Positions 27,606 through 39,780 are shown, counted from the first letter of the stretch. The stretch is DNA of 64,000 bases from Callorhinchus milii (GCF_018977255.1 NW_024704742.1:17732001-17796000); one strand, 5' to 3'. A program made the numbers and translations. The notes: generated by a model from the letters alone, not told the origin.

Positions 27606-27739
27606 CACCTCTCCAGGTGGTGCACTTGGAGGTGTTGCCTGTCCTTCGCAGAGGCCAACTAATGAATCTGACAGCGTTGGTTCAGCCCAGCAACTCTAAC
27701 CTAACAGTTTTCCAGTGGTGGCTAGGGGACAATCTCCAG
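27606..27739 (+). CDS. SORCS2: SORCS2 coding exon: SPLQVVHLEVLPVLRRGQLMNLTALVQPSNSNLTVFQWWLGDNLQ
   Basis: ctcag|CA...CAG|gtata, 134 nt, phase 1 to 0. Confidence 0.95.
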
Positions 27740-27845
27740 GTATACTACCAAATATACATTTCAAATACCTCTTCTATTAAATACTATTAAAGTATGTTGT
27801 TAAATTGCTGTCCATTTCTCTGTTTTTCTGTATCTTTATCTACAG

Positions 27846-27969
27846 CCTCGCCTTTCCCTGGAAAACAGCATTCTGACCAGCTTCAATGCAAATGGGCAGA
27901 TTAAGATCACAGTGCAGGCTTCCTGTGGGAGCTCCATGGTTCAGGACTCCAAAGTGGTGACTGTCTTCG
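27846..27969 (+). CDS. SORCS2: SORCS2 coding exon: PRLSLENSILTSFNANGQIKITVQASCGSSMVQDSKVVTVF
   Basis: tacag|CCT...G|gtaag, 124 nt; preceded by a 106-nt intron. Confidence 0.95.
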
Positions 27970-28074
27970 GTAAGAAGCTCTCGTGTCAGTTATTCCCTCC
28001 TCTTCCGCCATGTCAGCGTGATATACTTCTAGATACTGAGAAGCATCTCCATTTGTGACTCAGGGTAGGGTCCT

Positions 28075-28370
28075 TATTAAGTACAGACAGGGATTTGGAC
28101 CTGAGCTGGTGGTTGGAATCAGGAGGGTTGGAGGGCAGGGAGGGTAGGGGTAGCACAGTGACCGAACACACGGTCGAAGAGGAGGGTCTTGAGACCTGCC
28201 TTGAAGGAGGCAAGGAAAGGACCGAGGTGGAGAAACTGTGGGATGTTCCAAAGGGTGGCGGTAGAAAGCCTGAAGGCCTGACTGCCAATGGTGGGGCAGA
28301 TCGGATATGGAGGAGGCCAGAGCCCGCTGAGTGGAGGGAGTGGACAGTTCTACATGGAGACAGGTTACAA
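28075..28370 (-). mobile_element. L2 LINE 3' fragment
   Basis: Reverse strand SLHSAGSGLLHI...; similar to 33580-34178. Confidence 0.8.
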
Positions 28371-28694
28371 ATCGTCACATTTTAGATTTGGTCGATCAAA
28401 TAAACGAGTGCAATTTGGAGATAGTACATCTTAAAATATCTCTGAATATATCAGATTACATGCAAGATTTCAATCAATGGCCCATTGTATAACCTACAGT
28501 AATGGTTTTGCTCAGACTCTGAGCCTTTACCTGTTCAGAGCTTGAAACATGTTTGTTGACAAATGGTCTGCAAACTTTTTCACACAAACTAAAAGATGTA
28601 AGTCATGTTCAAATTCATCCCTGAGCCACTTAAATGTTGACATCATGAGATGTCTTCAAAGACCTGAAATACGGTTTTGGTTTTGGGACCAGTG

Positions 28695-29030
28695 TGTCAG
28701 CCTGGCCTAGTATGTAGCACTCTTGCCTGTTTGTCAGAAGGTTGTGGGTCCAAGCCCATATCAGCACTTTGAGCTCATAGTCAAAGCTGACACTACAGTA
28801 CAGGGCTGGGGGAGCAGTGCATTTCCATTCTTCAAAATCAAGGTTCTGTTGGGATGGGCACTAAAGACTCCAGAGCACTATTCATATTGTCATTCACTTC
28901 ACGGTTCTTGTGCGCAAATTGGCTGCTGCATTCACCAACAAATACACAGTCACTACACATTATGGAAACGTTGTGAAGCATTTTGTGACATTATAGGCAC
29001 TGTATCAAATTCAAGGATTATTATTATTTT
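28695..29030 (+). mobile_element. DeuSINE-type element, internally deleted
   Basis: Head gcctggcctagtatgtagcactcttgcc...gggtccaagccc, body gtgcgcaaattggctgctgc, tail aaggattattattatt. Confidence 0.65.
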
Positions 29031-29287
29031 CTTAACATTTAAGATCATGCAGAATTCTGGAAGATTATGAAATGCAGTTTCAGTTTGAAGATCAGTCTGA
29101 AGCAAGTTTTAGCAGCAACGGCGAATACCATGTAGAATTTCAGTTGTGTGACAAAGAAATTCTTATTCCTCAAACACAAGGAAAGTAAATATTTGCCAGA
29201 AAGAAAGCAGGGATATGGTGACTGTTTAAATAGTGCATTGTTCTCTTTCTACACTGCAGAGGAGTTACACATGCATTTCCCTTTCAG

Positions 29288-29400
29288 ACCAGCTGGAGGT
29301 TCTGCCTCTCGTGTTCTCTGAGAACATAGACAGTTGCAATCCGAATGTGCCAGAGTGGAGGGAAGACATTGGCCGGGTCATATCGAGGATCTTAGCAAAG
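29288..29400 (+). CDS. SORCS2: SORCS2 coding exon: DQLEVLPLVFSENIDSCNPNVPEWREDIGRVISRILAK
   Basis: ttcag|AC...AAG|gtact, 113 nt; NP..PEWRED.G motif of SorCS receptors. Confidence 0.96.
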
Positions 29401-29434
29401 GTACTCGCTGATAAACAATGACTTTTGTCCAAAT

Positions 29435-29710
29435 AACAACAACAAAAATTACATTTGTATAGTGCCTATCACGTCGGGAGGATGTCAACAATTAACACTG
29501 AAATAGCTCACTTTACTTTACAAAAATTGAGTGGGTGCCCGAGCTGATAGGGAACTGGACAGTTGGCCAAAACCATAATTAAAGAGGCAAGTCTTCATGC
29601 AGGATTTCAAAGCAGAGAAGGAAGGGGGGGAGACAGAGGGATTTGGGGAGAGTGTTCCAGAGGGCAAGGGCAAGGCAAAGTACAACGAAGACTCATCCAC
29701 AAATGGTCAG
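29435..29710 (-). mobile_element. Decayed L2 3' end
   Basis: (CAA)n tail at the left, cacgtcgggaggatgtc, and reverse strand ALKSCMKTCLFNYGF. Confidence 0.65.
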
Positions 29711-31959
29711 GTTGAGCAGAATCCCGAGAGTTCCAGCCGGTATTGCAAATTCCATGCCTGCTCTTACCCTAACTCAATCCATCTCTCCAACCGAATGACA
29801 GGATTCCTTACTTGTACAAAACAATATGGTCCAAAGCAATACGTGGGAAAAAGTGGCTTATAATATTTTGAACACATGACCCAAAAATTCATTTCAAACA
29901 GTCAGCAGTCATTACCACGAAACTCTGAAAGGTGGAAAGGAGTGGAGTGCCTCCTGAGTCGAATGCTGATTATTGACTGCAGGTTTGGCTAATGTGATAA
30001 CCATGGTATTATTCATGCATTTGATTTATTAGATTCCTGTCCCCTGTCACTATTTCACTGCTCACTCTGACATTGATGTCTGAATGAAAAGATTCAAGCT
30101 GCCTATTTTACATCTTTTTCTACTCTAAATGCACACCCCACATCACTCTTCCAGATAAGCAATTGACAAATTCCTATTTGACTGCTTCACTTCAGAGATT
30201 GTTTACCCAACGCAATGTGGCATCATCTGTGAACTCATACATTCTACATGAAGCGAGAAAGCAGGAGCCCCATCCCTGAGGTGTTTCTCTGGTCACTGTT
30301 TTTTCCAATTAAAATTATTAGCATTGAAAGTTCTTGATGCTTCACTGGGTTAGAGCTCCATCAGAAAGGTTTTATCTCCCATTCACGTGCAATATAGTGT
30401 GCACAGCTGCCTGGTGTGGGGCTGGGTAATGGAAAGTAGAAATATCCAGGAATTAGCTATTCTCAGTAACAGTGAAGAGGCACTAAACTGAAGGGGTGAA
30501 ATAGTCAGGGTCAACTTCCTTAAACTCTGTATTTTTGGACAATGTGACTTGACAGTTGCCCCTCTGTCTAAATGGCCACTTGAACAAAGCACCATAATAC
30601 TGGGAGTGCCTGTGAAGTTGTACTGCAGACTGCCTTAAAGACAGGCAATTGAGTGACAGAAAATACTGCCAGCCGATCCCTACCCTTTGTTTCCTTTCAT
30701 TTTGTCAATTTACTATCTGATACATAGTGTAACATCATCCCTTTCCCAGGACATTGTACATCAGTTCTTGTGAGATATCGCTTATTAAATGCCTGCCTGC
30801 TAAAAGAGTCATTCTATTACATTTCTATAAAATTCTAATCCATTTGTTCACCATGACTCGTGTTTTCATGTATTGACTGATGTTGACTTGGAATTATTGT
30901 TTTTCTTGTAAAACTTGTAATTCTTATAAATATCTTACTTTATGATGGATGTCAGTGATTTTTCCACTGTGGCTGTCATGCTCACAGGCTTACAATTCCC
31001 ACGATCATATTTACAATTTTTTTAAAAAAAATGAAATATTTAACTTTTTTTTAATCAACTATTACTAAACTGTGTTTAATGAGCTGAAACTAATTTAGCC
31101 ACAAATTCATCCCACTTCTACACTCATTTGCATAAGTGCTTTTGGATTTAGGTCAATTAGTCCTGTTGCCTTATGAATATTCAGTTCTCCAATTTTGTAA
31201 TGATCTTTTCATTACTGTTCTTTATGGACTCTGAGCCTGCTAAAGCAAAGCCTTTTAGAGTAGTGCTGATTATGTGATATAACGGAGCACTCTCCACTCA
31301 CCTGTGGAGGGCAAGAGTCCTCCGTTGTATCACTCCCATGGCGAATTGAAATTGGCAGGTAAACAAGGTCCTACTCAACCTCATTCTCTCTGTTCTCACA
31401 GAATGTCTGACACGTGAAATCCATCACCATGTTAAGAGTATTCAAACCCAACTGATTGGAAATTCCTGTGTCTGGAATGAAATATGTACTCTTCCACTGG
31501 AAGGACAAACCCTTCTTATCTAATTCCATTAGGCACAAGTTGGGAAGAGCCAAGGCTTGAGGAATTTAACCAACTAAAACCACTGTCCGGCAAGCTTTCC
31601 TGCTACTTGTCCAACTAGGACTGCACTGCAAAGTTAACAGGAATTGAGTGGGAAGAATCCCTGCTCCTCTTGACTGCCTGGGTTCCGCCTGCATGTCCTG
31701 TTGATGAGCCATCAGCAGTGACCTGAAGTAATCTGTGTAGAGATACGGGGGTATGTGTGTGGGGGGGCAGGAGGTGCTGAGTGAGAATGATGGCGAGAGT
31801 GGGGAAGGCAGAGGCAGGGAAGTGAGTCGAGTGGTATGGTGTGGGGTTATCCACCTTGCTGTTCATTGCTGACAGTTGAAGTTCCTCTGCAATTGACATT
31901 GCACAAAATCTCAGAGTGAAAAATACAATGCAGCATCCAACATTCATTGTCTTTTGTAG

Positions 31960-32085
31960 GCAACAGGCCTCTCTGAGCAGCTGCTGCTGACGGTGGTGAG
32001 AGTGGGCCTGCCCACCACTGCGGAGCTGTACCTGCTTCCACCACCAGATAAACCCAAGCAGAAAAGAAGCACAAGCATGGACAAG
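31960..32085 (+). CDS. SORCS2: SORCS2 coding exon: ATGLSEQLLLTVVRVGLPTTAELYLLPPPDKPKQKRSTSMDK
   Basis: tgtag|GCA...AAG|gtaat, 126 nt; GLPT.A.LY.L motif and the juxtamembrane KR-S site. Confidence 0.95.
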
Positions 32086-33066
32086 GTAATACCATTTGAA
32101 GCTTAAGCCTTCAAATATTCACAGCCTGACCTTTGGTGTTGGCTCAGGGGTGGCTATTTTCACAGACACTGTAAGGGGTGAGTCAGCATAGCCCTGAAAC
32201 TGGGGCAGAGGCATCTGCAGATGGTATTTGCAGCTTCTGGTGACACTTTATTAAAATTGGCGACAATTGCACTGTTTTCTTTAGTTATAATCAAATGAAT
32301 AAATAAAAGTGTAAGCTTCTCCTAACTGGACCCAAATTGATGTGTTAAATTTGGAGGGGGTTGGGGTTCTGTATTGTGGATTACAGTAACAGAGCTGCTG
32401 AGGTTACCTGAATGTACTTGTGGATTTCAGTTCCTTTCTCAAGATGTGTATAGTGACAGTAAGGGGAGACTCGTATCTTCAAAAAATGTGCATATACAGG
32501 TCAACCATGGTATAACGTGGTGGGTTAGGTCCATAATCCATAATTAAGGCTTGCTATAAAGATGATGTCATGACTTGTGTTAGGTGGAAGAAGCTAGCAT
32601 TCAGTGCTGGAAGCTATAAATATACTGATGCAATGCAAGAGTTAATAAACAGGCAGATATTTTAAACATTGCTACCAGTAAAAACAATTCTTGTATTTGA
32701 TATACAACTGCTACTTGTATTAATACCTGTTAATTAACCTTTAAGAGGGTTAGCATCTCGGAACAATAATAAACCTTACATGTGATATGTATAGCACCTA
32801 GAACTCTGAGACATCTCAAAGTGTTTCTCGGGGAATTGATTCAAGTGTAATAATTGATTGTGAACTGAGTCTACTGTTGAGCTGCTTCACTTTTTAGACC
32901 ATCCATTGTAATGGAAAGTAAATTATGCACAGTAAGGTAAGTGAAGATTTGTACTGAATTCTGCATAGAAATAAAGTTGTGATTAACAGGGCTCTAGAAA
33001 TTTGAGATGTTCCTCAATTTCCTGTGTGCTGAGATGTGACAGTGTATTTTTATTGGGTTTTCCCAG

Positions 33067-33166
33067 GGTATTGATTCCTTGATAGAAGTCTTGACAGAAA
33101 ACCAGGTCACATTTTCTTTGAAACCAGGGGTGGACGTAACTGTTACACTGGCGGATTATAGAGCAG
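33067..33166 (+). CDS. SORCS2: SORCS2 coding exon: GIDSLIEVLTENQVTFSLKPGVDVTVTLADYRA
   Basis: cccag|GGT...G|gtaag, 100 nt, phase 0 to 1, fitting both neighbours; diverged, but the F.L..GV.V.V pattern is kept. Confidence 0.88.
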
Positions 33167-33579
33167 GTAAGAGTACATTCAGTGAGATGGTAGTTGGGGC
33201 TGAATTGTGTCAATAGCTGGCTACTTAGTAACACTGGTGCGCAACACATTCTTTATTAAACAAAAACAGACCAATATGTAACATCAGTCACTGTTCCTTG
33301 CAGAATGCCAGACATTTTTGAGGATTGGGAGTATCCTATGGCAAGTTACGTGGTATTGGTGTGCAGTGATTAAATGTTGAGCATTTAATCACCGCACACA
33401 ATCTAAATCTTAGTTTAATCACATTTAATGAATATTTGTATGTAAAATGGAAGATTAGCTACAGCCCAGGGAATTACGCAATTACTCACCCGCCTAATTT
33501 CACACATACATCTGGTGGAGATCTGGTCCGGCAGGCCAGAATTTCCGACTAAGTGTAATTGCAATTCCGTGGCCGAAAA

Positions 33580-34178
33580 ATTTGTTACCTCAAGGCTTAA
33601 TTACGGGAACTCCCTCCTCATCGGTCTTCCGAGCTCTTCCCTTCACAAGCTGCAGATCATCCAAACCTCTACAGCTTGTGTACTCTCACGCACCAGGCTC
33701 CGTGACCCGATCACTCCCGCCCTCACCCGACTCCACTGGCTCCCCATCCCCCAGAGGATCGAGTTCAAGATCCTCATCCTCACCTTTAAGGCCATCCATG
33801 GCCTTGCCCCCTCCTACCTCTCTGACCTGCTGACTCCTTACCAACCTGCCCGCTCCCTCCGTTCAGTGGGCTCCGGTCTGCTCCATGTCTCCCGCCCTAC
33901 CATCGGTGGCCGGGCTTTCAGCCTCTCTGCCACCACATTCTGGAACTCTATCCCACGGTCCCTTCGCCTCGGTTCCTCTCTTGCCTCCTTCAAGGCTGGT
34001 CTCAAGACCCTTCTCTTCGACCGTGCCTTTGGTCTTCCTCCCACCCCTCTGCCTTCCCTCACCCCTACACCACCCCTCCCCCATGCTCGGGCCCCGACAT
34101 CTGACTGTTCAGAGCTTTGGGACGTCCTCCCGACGTGAAAGGCGCTCTATAAATGTAATTTTGTTGTTGTTGTTGTTC
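33580..34178 (+). mobile_element. Young 5'-truncated L2 LINE (ORF2 C-terminus, 3' UTR, tail)
   Basis: Open frame FVTSRLNYGNSLLIGLP...LHWLPIPQRIEFKIL...SLASFKAGLKTLLF; ends gggacgtcctcccgacgtgaaaggcgctctataaatgtaattt(TTG)n. Confidence 0.92.
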
Positions 34179-34990
34179 TGCTCACCGGATTCAAACAGAG
34201 TTAAATTGATATCTCTGGCCATTGAAGGCCAGCAAGTATAGTGAGGTGGTGGAGAGGGGCGTGGAGGGTGCGCACTAGGACAATGTACTGGGAAGAGTCT
34301 ACAAGTGAATATGTGAAGTTAAAACCATTTTTTTTTCTCTTGGCTTCTACCTTCTACGCTAGTTATCAAAAAAAATTATTCTGCTTTCATACCTGGTATT
34401 AAAGAAAGATACTATATATCTGGAATGATAGTAATCCTTGCATTTGATATAGAGACTGTCTTCAAGACGTCTCAAGTGCTTCACAGAATATACTGACTGT
34501 ATATTTTGGTAATTAAATTATCTGCACAATAATTTTATTAACTTGCATATGATTCTACCGAACAAGGACGTATAATATCCCTTTGTTTTGTTTTCGGTTT
34601 CAATCTTGGATAAGTTGATGATAAAGCACTTTGATAGTTTTGGGGATAAGATGTGGTATAGAAAGACAAAATTCATGAAAACTGTCCACCATATCTTTCT
34701 AAAGATGCTACAATTGTGCTATATGGTATTTAAATTGTTTAAAAAAGGTGTAATTTTGCATAATTCATTTTTTGCTTCCAGAATTTTTATTTTTTCTGGG
34801 CATAAATCCCTGGGATGTAATTAACCCTTTTTTTGCCTTCAACATATGTAGTAGCTACCTAAATAACAAACTGTCCCAAAAATACGTCTTTGAAGCATCA
34901 CTGCCTGCCATGTTGTGTTTTGCTATTAATAATAATCCTATTCTTTACATTTGATATAGAACTTTCGTGACTGGTGGACATCCCAAAGCA

Positions 34991-35136
34991 TTTTGTGGGC
35001 CACTGCTGTGTGCAATTGGTACTGCGTTTCGCCCACAAATATACAGTCAATTCACTTTACAGCATATTCTGTGAAGCGCTTTGAGACGACTAGAAGACAA
35101 GAAAAGTGCTATATCAAATGCAAGGATTATTATTAT
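34991..35136 (+). mobile_element. SINE 3' half
   Basis: tttgtggg..actgctgtgtgcaattgg...gctatatcaaatgcaaggattattattat. Confidence 0.85.
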
Positions 35137-35495
35137 TTTGATTTAGCGCCTTATCATGTCTTCGGGATGTCTCAAAGTGCTTCACAGGACACACTGTAAA
35201 GTAAATTGACGGTATATTTTTGTGGGCGAAACGCATCACCAATTGCACATAGCAGTGTCCCACAAACAGTCAGGGATTGAAGTGACCAATTTATTATTAT
35301 TAATTTCTTTTGAAGGAATTATTACGCCAGAAAAGCAATCCGCCAATTGACTAACACCCGGGTTCCTACTTACTTCTAGGTAAACAAAGGGGTGTGGAAT
35401 CAGGAAACTTGCCCAACATTTCGTCCTGCTGGGAATCGAACCCACGTCTCCCGCTTGCGAGGCTGGTGCTCTAACCACTGAGCTTCAGGGCTCCA
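35137..35495 (-). mobile_element. tRNA-derived SINE, long form, abutting the previous copy tail-to-tail
   Basis: Reverse complement head tggagccctgaagctcagtggttagagc...gggttcgattccc; central tgtttacctagaagtaagtaggaacc segment. Confidence 0.88.
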
Positions 35496-35636
35496 CATAA
35501 AGTGCAGTGACTGTGTGTTTTGTGGGCAAGCACATTAACCTGTTAGCTGCACTTTCCTGGACCAAATGTCACCATGTAATTTTTCTTTTAAATTAATATT
35601 TTGCTTGCGTTCATACTTGACATTTTGGTTCTTTAG

Positions 35637-35739
35637 TTTCCCAGAAAATCATTGGAGGGAGAGGCGTCCTGATTATAGTAATCATGTTTGTGATCTGCCT
35701 GCTCGGAGTGGGGGGTTTCATCCTGCACAAGTTCAAGAG
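35637..35739 (+). CDS. SORCS2: SORCS2 transmembrane exon: VSQKIIGGRGVLIIVIMFVICLLGVGGFILHKFKR
   Basis: tttag|TT...AG|gtgag, 103 nt, phase 1 to 2; hydrophobic helix followed by the KFKR stop-transfer typical of SorCS (FILYKFKR). Confidence 0.93.
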
Positions 35740-36829
35740 GTGAGTGCTGCACGAGGTGTGCTGAGAACAAGAAGATTGTTTTCTTGTCAGATGTGTGTCA
35801 GACATACGTGGAAACCCATCACTGTGTTTAAGGATGTGCAAACCAGACTGCGAGTTCCACATATGCATGTCACCTGGACATGGAAATTCCCGTGTTTGGA
35901 ATGGAATGCGCATTCTCCTGAAGGGACGCACCCTAATTCTGGAGAATATTAGACACAGGTTATCAGGAAGCGTGGGATGTGTTCAGGTACTACTGGAGTT
36001 TAACCAACTAAAAACATGTAGCTTGCCATTGAGAACACTGTCTGGCAAGATTCCCGCTGCTTCTCCAGCTAAACTGAAAAAAGAGCACAGACCGTAACTG
36101 GGAGACCTGAAGCATTAAACCACTCCTGCTCATACCTCAAACCAATTGCCTTAAAATTCAAGATGATGCAGAATTTTGTGAAATTCCTCTTGAAGTGAGT
36201 TTGTCCTTCTGTAGAGATATCGTTGCTTAGTCTGAATTATTATTGATTACCCTATTTCATGGAGAATCAGTACAAAAGCATATATGACACAGATATATAC
36301 AATCCATATTACTACACAACACCTAAACAATGATAAAACCTACAATCAGGGCCTACACTCAACTTTAAAAAAGTGGAACTTTTTGCAACAAACCCAAGCC
36401 TATTTTCCGTGGGCAATTAATCTCACCGCGAGCCAAGGTAAATAACATTTTTGCTCACAATCTCTCTTAACCATGTCAATGAACAGTAACAATGTCTTGT
36501 GGGAACAGCTGTCTAACAGCAGCAAGGTGTGATCAGGAGGATGAATATTACAGTATTAATATCCAAAGAATTGACTTGTGAAGAACAATTTGGCATTAGT
36601 GTCTGTGTTGCTTCACCTCAGCAGACATGCTGACTGACTAATATGTGCTATTACTCATTCACAGGCTGGAAGCACTTACGCTTTAATTACCACTGACTTT
36701 GAAGGTCACTCTAACCCTCAATATCTATGCATTGAGGGCTCTTTCCAGGTGCAAGGGAATAATTATACAGTCTATCATGTTTAACTGCATCCAGGTCACT
36801 GGTGTTCTGTCAGTAAGGAATTAATCACC

Positions 36830-39300
36830 ACCACCTCTTGCTCTATCTCCGCTGACATCTCCTCTCCCCTCTCCTCTCACAGCCTCTCCCTCCACATCCA
36901 CTCTGCCCCTCACATCCACCCGCTTGACCTGGTGATTGATTACCTGGGGTCTCAGAGTCTTGGACTTCACCATCACTGACAAAGCCATCTCAGACCACTA
37001 CTTCATCTCTCTTAACTTCTAATCCCTCTCCCCACCCCCACCAAACCCACATCCATCTCCTAACCTCCCTGGAAAAACAATTCCACCCCCTCTTCGCTGC
37101 CCTGGAGTCATCTGAACTCCTCCCCTCTGGGCTTCCCCTGATTTGACCTATCCTTCTCAGTCACTCTCCTCTACAACTACCTCTCCACCACTCTTGATGC
37201 CCTTGTTACCCTCACTTCCTGAATCGCCTCCGAGTCATGGAAGTCACCCTGGTACACCAGTCACCTCCGCTCCCTCAAGGGTCAGGTGCATGGCGCTGAA
37301 TACACCTCGCTCAAATCTAACTTAACTGTCCATCGGCAGATTTGGATGGACCTCATTGAATCTTACCGCTCCACCCTTGACGTGGCTAAATCGTCCTTCT
37401 ACTCCAAGACAATCTGGAGGCCAAGGACAACCCCAGGCTCCTCTTCTCCATTACCAATCGGCTCCTCCACCCACCCCCTCACGCCTCGCCCGTCCTCACC
37501 TCCCAACGCCAACTGTGAGGAGATGCGAGACTTCCTCAAAACTAAAATCGAGGGAATCTGCTCAGCTGCCTCTGTCCTTCCAAATATTACCCCCTCCCCA
37601 TCTCTCCCACACACCCCAGGGCCTATCCATCCATCCATCGCTCCACACTTTTGAACCTGTCTTCCCCTCCTCACTCACCACCACCACTATGGATGAAGTC
37701 CACCACCTGCTTCCTCAACCCCATCCCCATCCCTCTCATTACTTCCCAGGTCCACCTCCTCACCTCCCTTACTCACAGACATCATAAATCTCTTCCTGTC
37801 CACTGACACCATTCCCACCCCTTTAAAAACAGCCGTCATCACTCTTATCCTTAAAAAACCCCTCCATGGACCCATCCCTGCTCTCACACTACTGCCCCAT
37901 CTCCAACTTTCCTTTCCAAGGTTTTGGAATGAGTCGTTGCTTCCCAGCTTCATTCCTTCCTCTCCTGCCACTCCCTTCATGAACCCCTCGAATTGGGTTT
38001 CCGAGCCGCCCACAGCACAAAAACAGCTCTGGTCAAAGTGACAAATGACATTTTGTCCATACGACCAGGGCTCCTTCTTTCTCCTTTCTCCTTGACCTCT
38101 CTGACCTTTGATACCGTGGATCACTCTATCCTCCTCCACCGCTTCTCCTCTCACTTCAACCTTCACGGTTCTGCTCTTAAATGGTTCAGATCATACCTCT
38201 CACACTGTTTCCACTTCATCTCCACAAACAGCTTCTCCTCTAGACCCCGCACTGTGTTGTGCGGTGTTCTTCAGGGCTCTGTCGTTGTTCCCCTCCTCTT
38301 CAATATCTATATGCTCCCTCTTGATGACATCATCCGCATACATGGGGTCAACTTACGGATGACACCCAACTCTATCTCTCTGCCTCCACCCTTGACTCTC
38401 GGACCACTGCTGCCTGACAGAATGTCTGTCAGACATCAAGTCCTGGTTGAGAATTAACTTTCTACAGTGGAACGTCAACAAGACGAGGCTCTCCTGATTG
38501 GCTCCTGTCAGCGCCTCCAAACCTCAGGCACTGACAGCATCACCACCCAAGGATGTACACTCCACCTCACTGAGCCAGTCTGGAACCTTTGGTGTCTTGT
38601 TTGACCCTTAACTGTCCTTTCTACCCCACATCCGTGCCATGACCCACTATGCCTTCCCCCACCTTCGCAACATTACCTGGCTCCAACACTGCCTCACCCT
38701 CAGACTGCCAAAAAAAACCTCATCCACGCATTTATCACATCTAGGCTCGACTATGCCAACTCCCTGCTTGTCAGCCTTCCCAACTCTTCCCTCCACAATC
38801 TGCAGATCATCCAGAACTCTGCAGCTGATGTCCTCTCTTGCACCAGGCTCCGTGACCCCATCACCCCCACCCTTGACCAGCTCCATTGGCACCCCATCCC
38901 CGAGGATGGTTCAAAATCCTCATCCTCGCCCTCAAAGCCCTCCACGGTCTTGCCCTCTGCAACCTGCTGACCCCATATCAACCTCTCACTCCCTCTGCTC
39001 AGCAGGCGCTGGCCTACTCCACGTCCCCCGCCTGGCCCACCATCATAGGTGGCCAGGCTTGCAGCTTTTCTGCTCCCACCCTATGGAACTCCATCCCACA
39101 ACCCCTTTGCCTCGCTCCCTCCCTTGCCTTCTTCAAGGCACATCTGAAAACCCTACTCTTCGACCCAGCCTTCAGCCACCTTCCCTGCCCTCCACCCTCC
39201 CCGATCACAACCCCCAGCTCGGGTCCAAATCCCTGATTGTCCAGCGCCTTGGGACGTCCTCCCAACGTCAAAGGCACTATAAAAATGTAATTTGTATTGT
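36830..39300 (+). mobile_element. Long degenerate L2 LINE ORF2 (endonuclease end, RT, C-terminus, tail), about 2.5 kb
   Basis: Motifs in order: LDLVI, ISDHYFI (APE endonuclease), FRAAHSTKTALVKVTND, FDTVDH, CGVLQGSV, DDTQLY, SRLDYANSLL, then tail gggacgtcctcccaacgtcaaaggcactat; many frameshifts. Confidence 0.92.
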
Positions 39301-39780
39301 ATCTAGTTTCAGAAAGGTGAAAAACAGTAGGTAGACACTCAGCAAAACTTATGTGCCCCAGCCACACCTTCAGGGGTGCAAGTGATGTGATAACCTAAGA
39401 AAGATTGAGGAAGAAAAGGTAATTCATCCCATCAAATCCATTGCATTCAAAGGACCTTGTATTTTGCAGCACCCACTGAAGCTTCTGGGGATAAAGCTCT
39501 TTACAGCTACTTCACTGATCCCTGATCAAAAACAAAGTCCTGAAATATTCCCCAATCTCTCAATTTCAACCATTCAAAGGTGGCCTCTATTCCTAAAAAG
39601 GCAGTATTGCCCTTTGTCTGGCTTCACCAGCACAGTAAACCAAATACTCCCAATGGAATAGTCCATCTGCACTGACCAATATATTCTCCAAAACTGATTG
39701 GAAGATGATAGCTATTCAGGAGTCAAATGGATTCAATTGTTTTTCCTAAAAATTTGTTCTGAATAGGCATTATACTGTGA

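Noticed and set aside
33515-34138. 207-aa ORF as a novel gene
   Set aside because: It is the C-terminal part of L2 ORF2 in a 5'-truncated insertion, with a GTG start in unrelated flank.
35645-35739. Alternative acceptor cccag at 35644 for the TM exon
   Set aside because: It shifts the frame by 8 nt relative to the phase-1 upstream exon and destroys the TM reading.
38639-39334. 231-aa and neighbouring ORFs (37143-39367)
   Set aside because: Off-frame or frameshifted readings of a degenerate C-rich L2 element.
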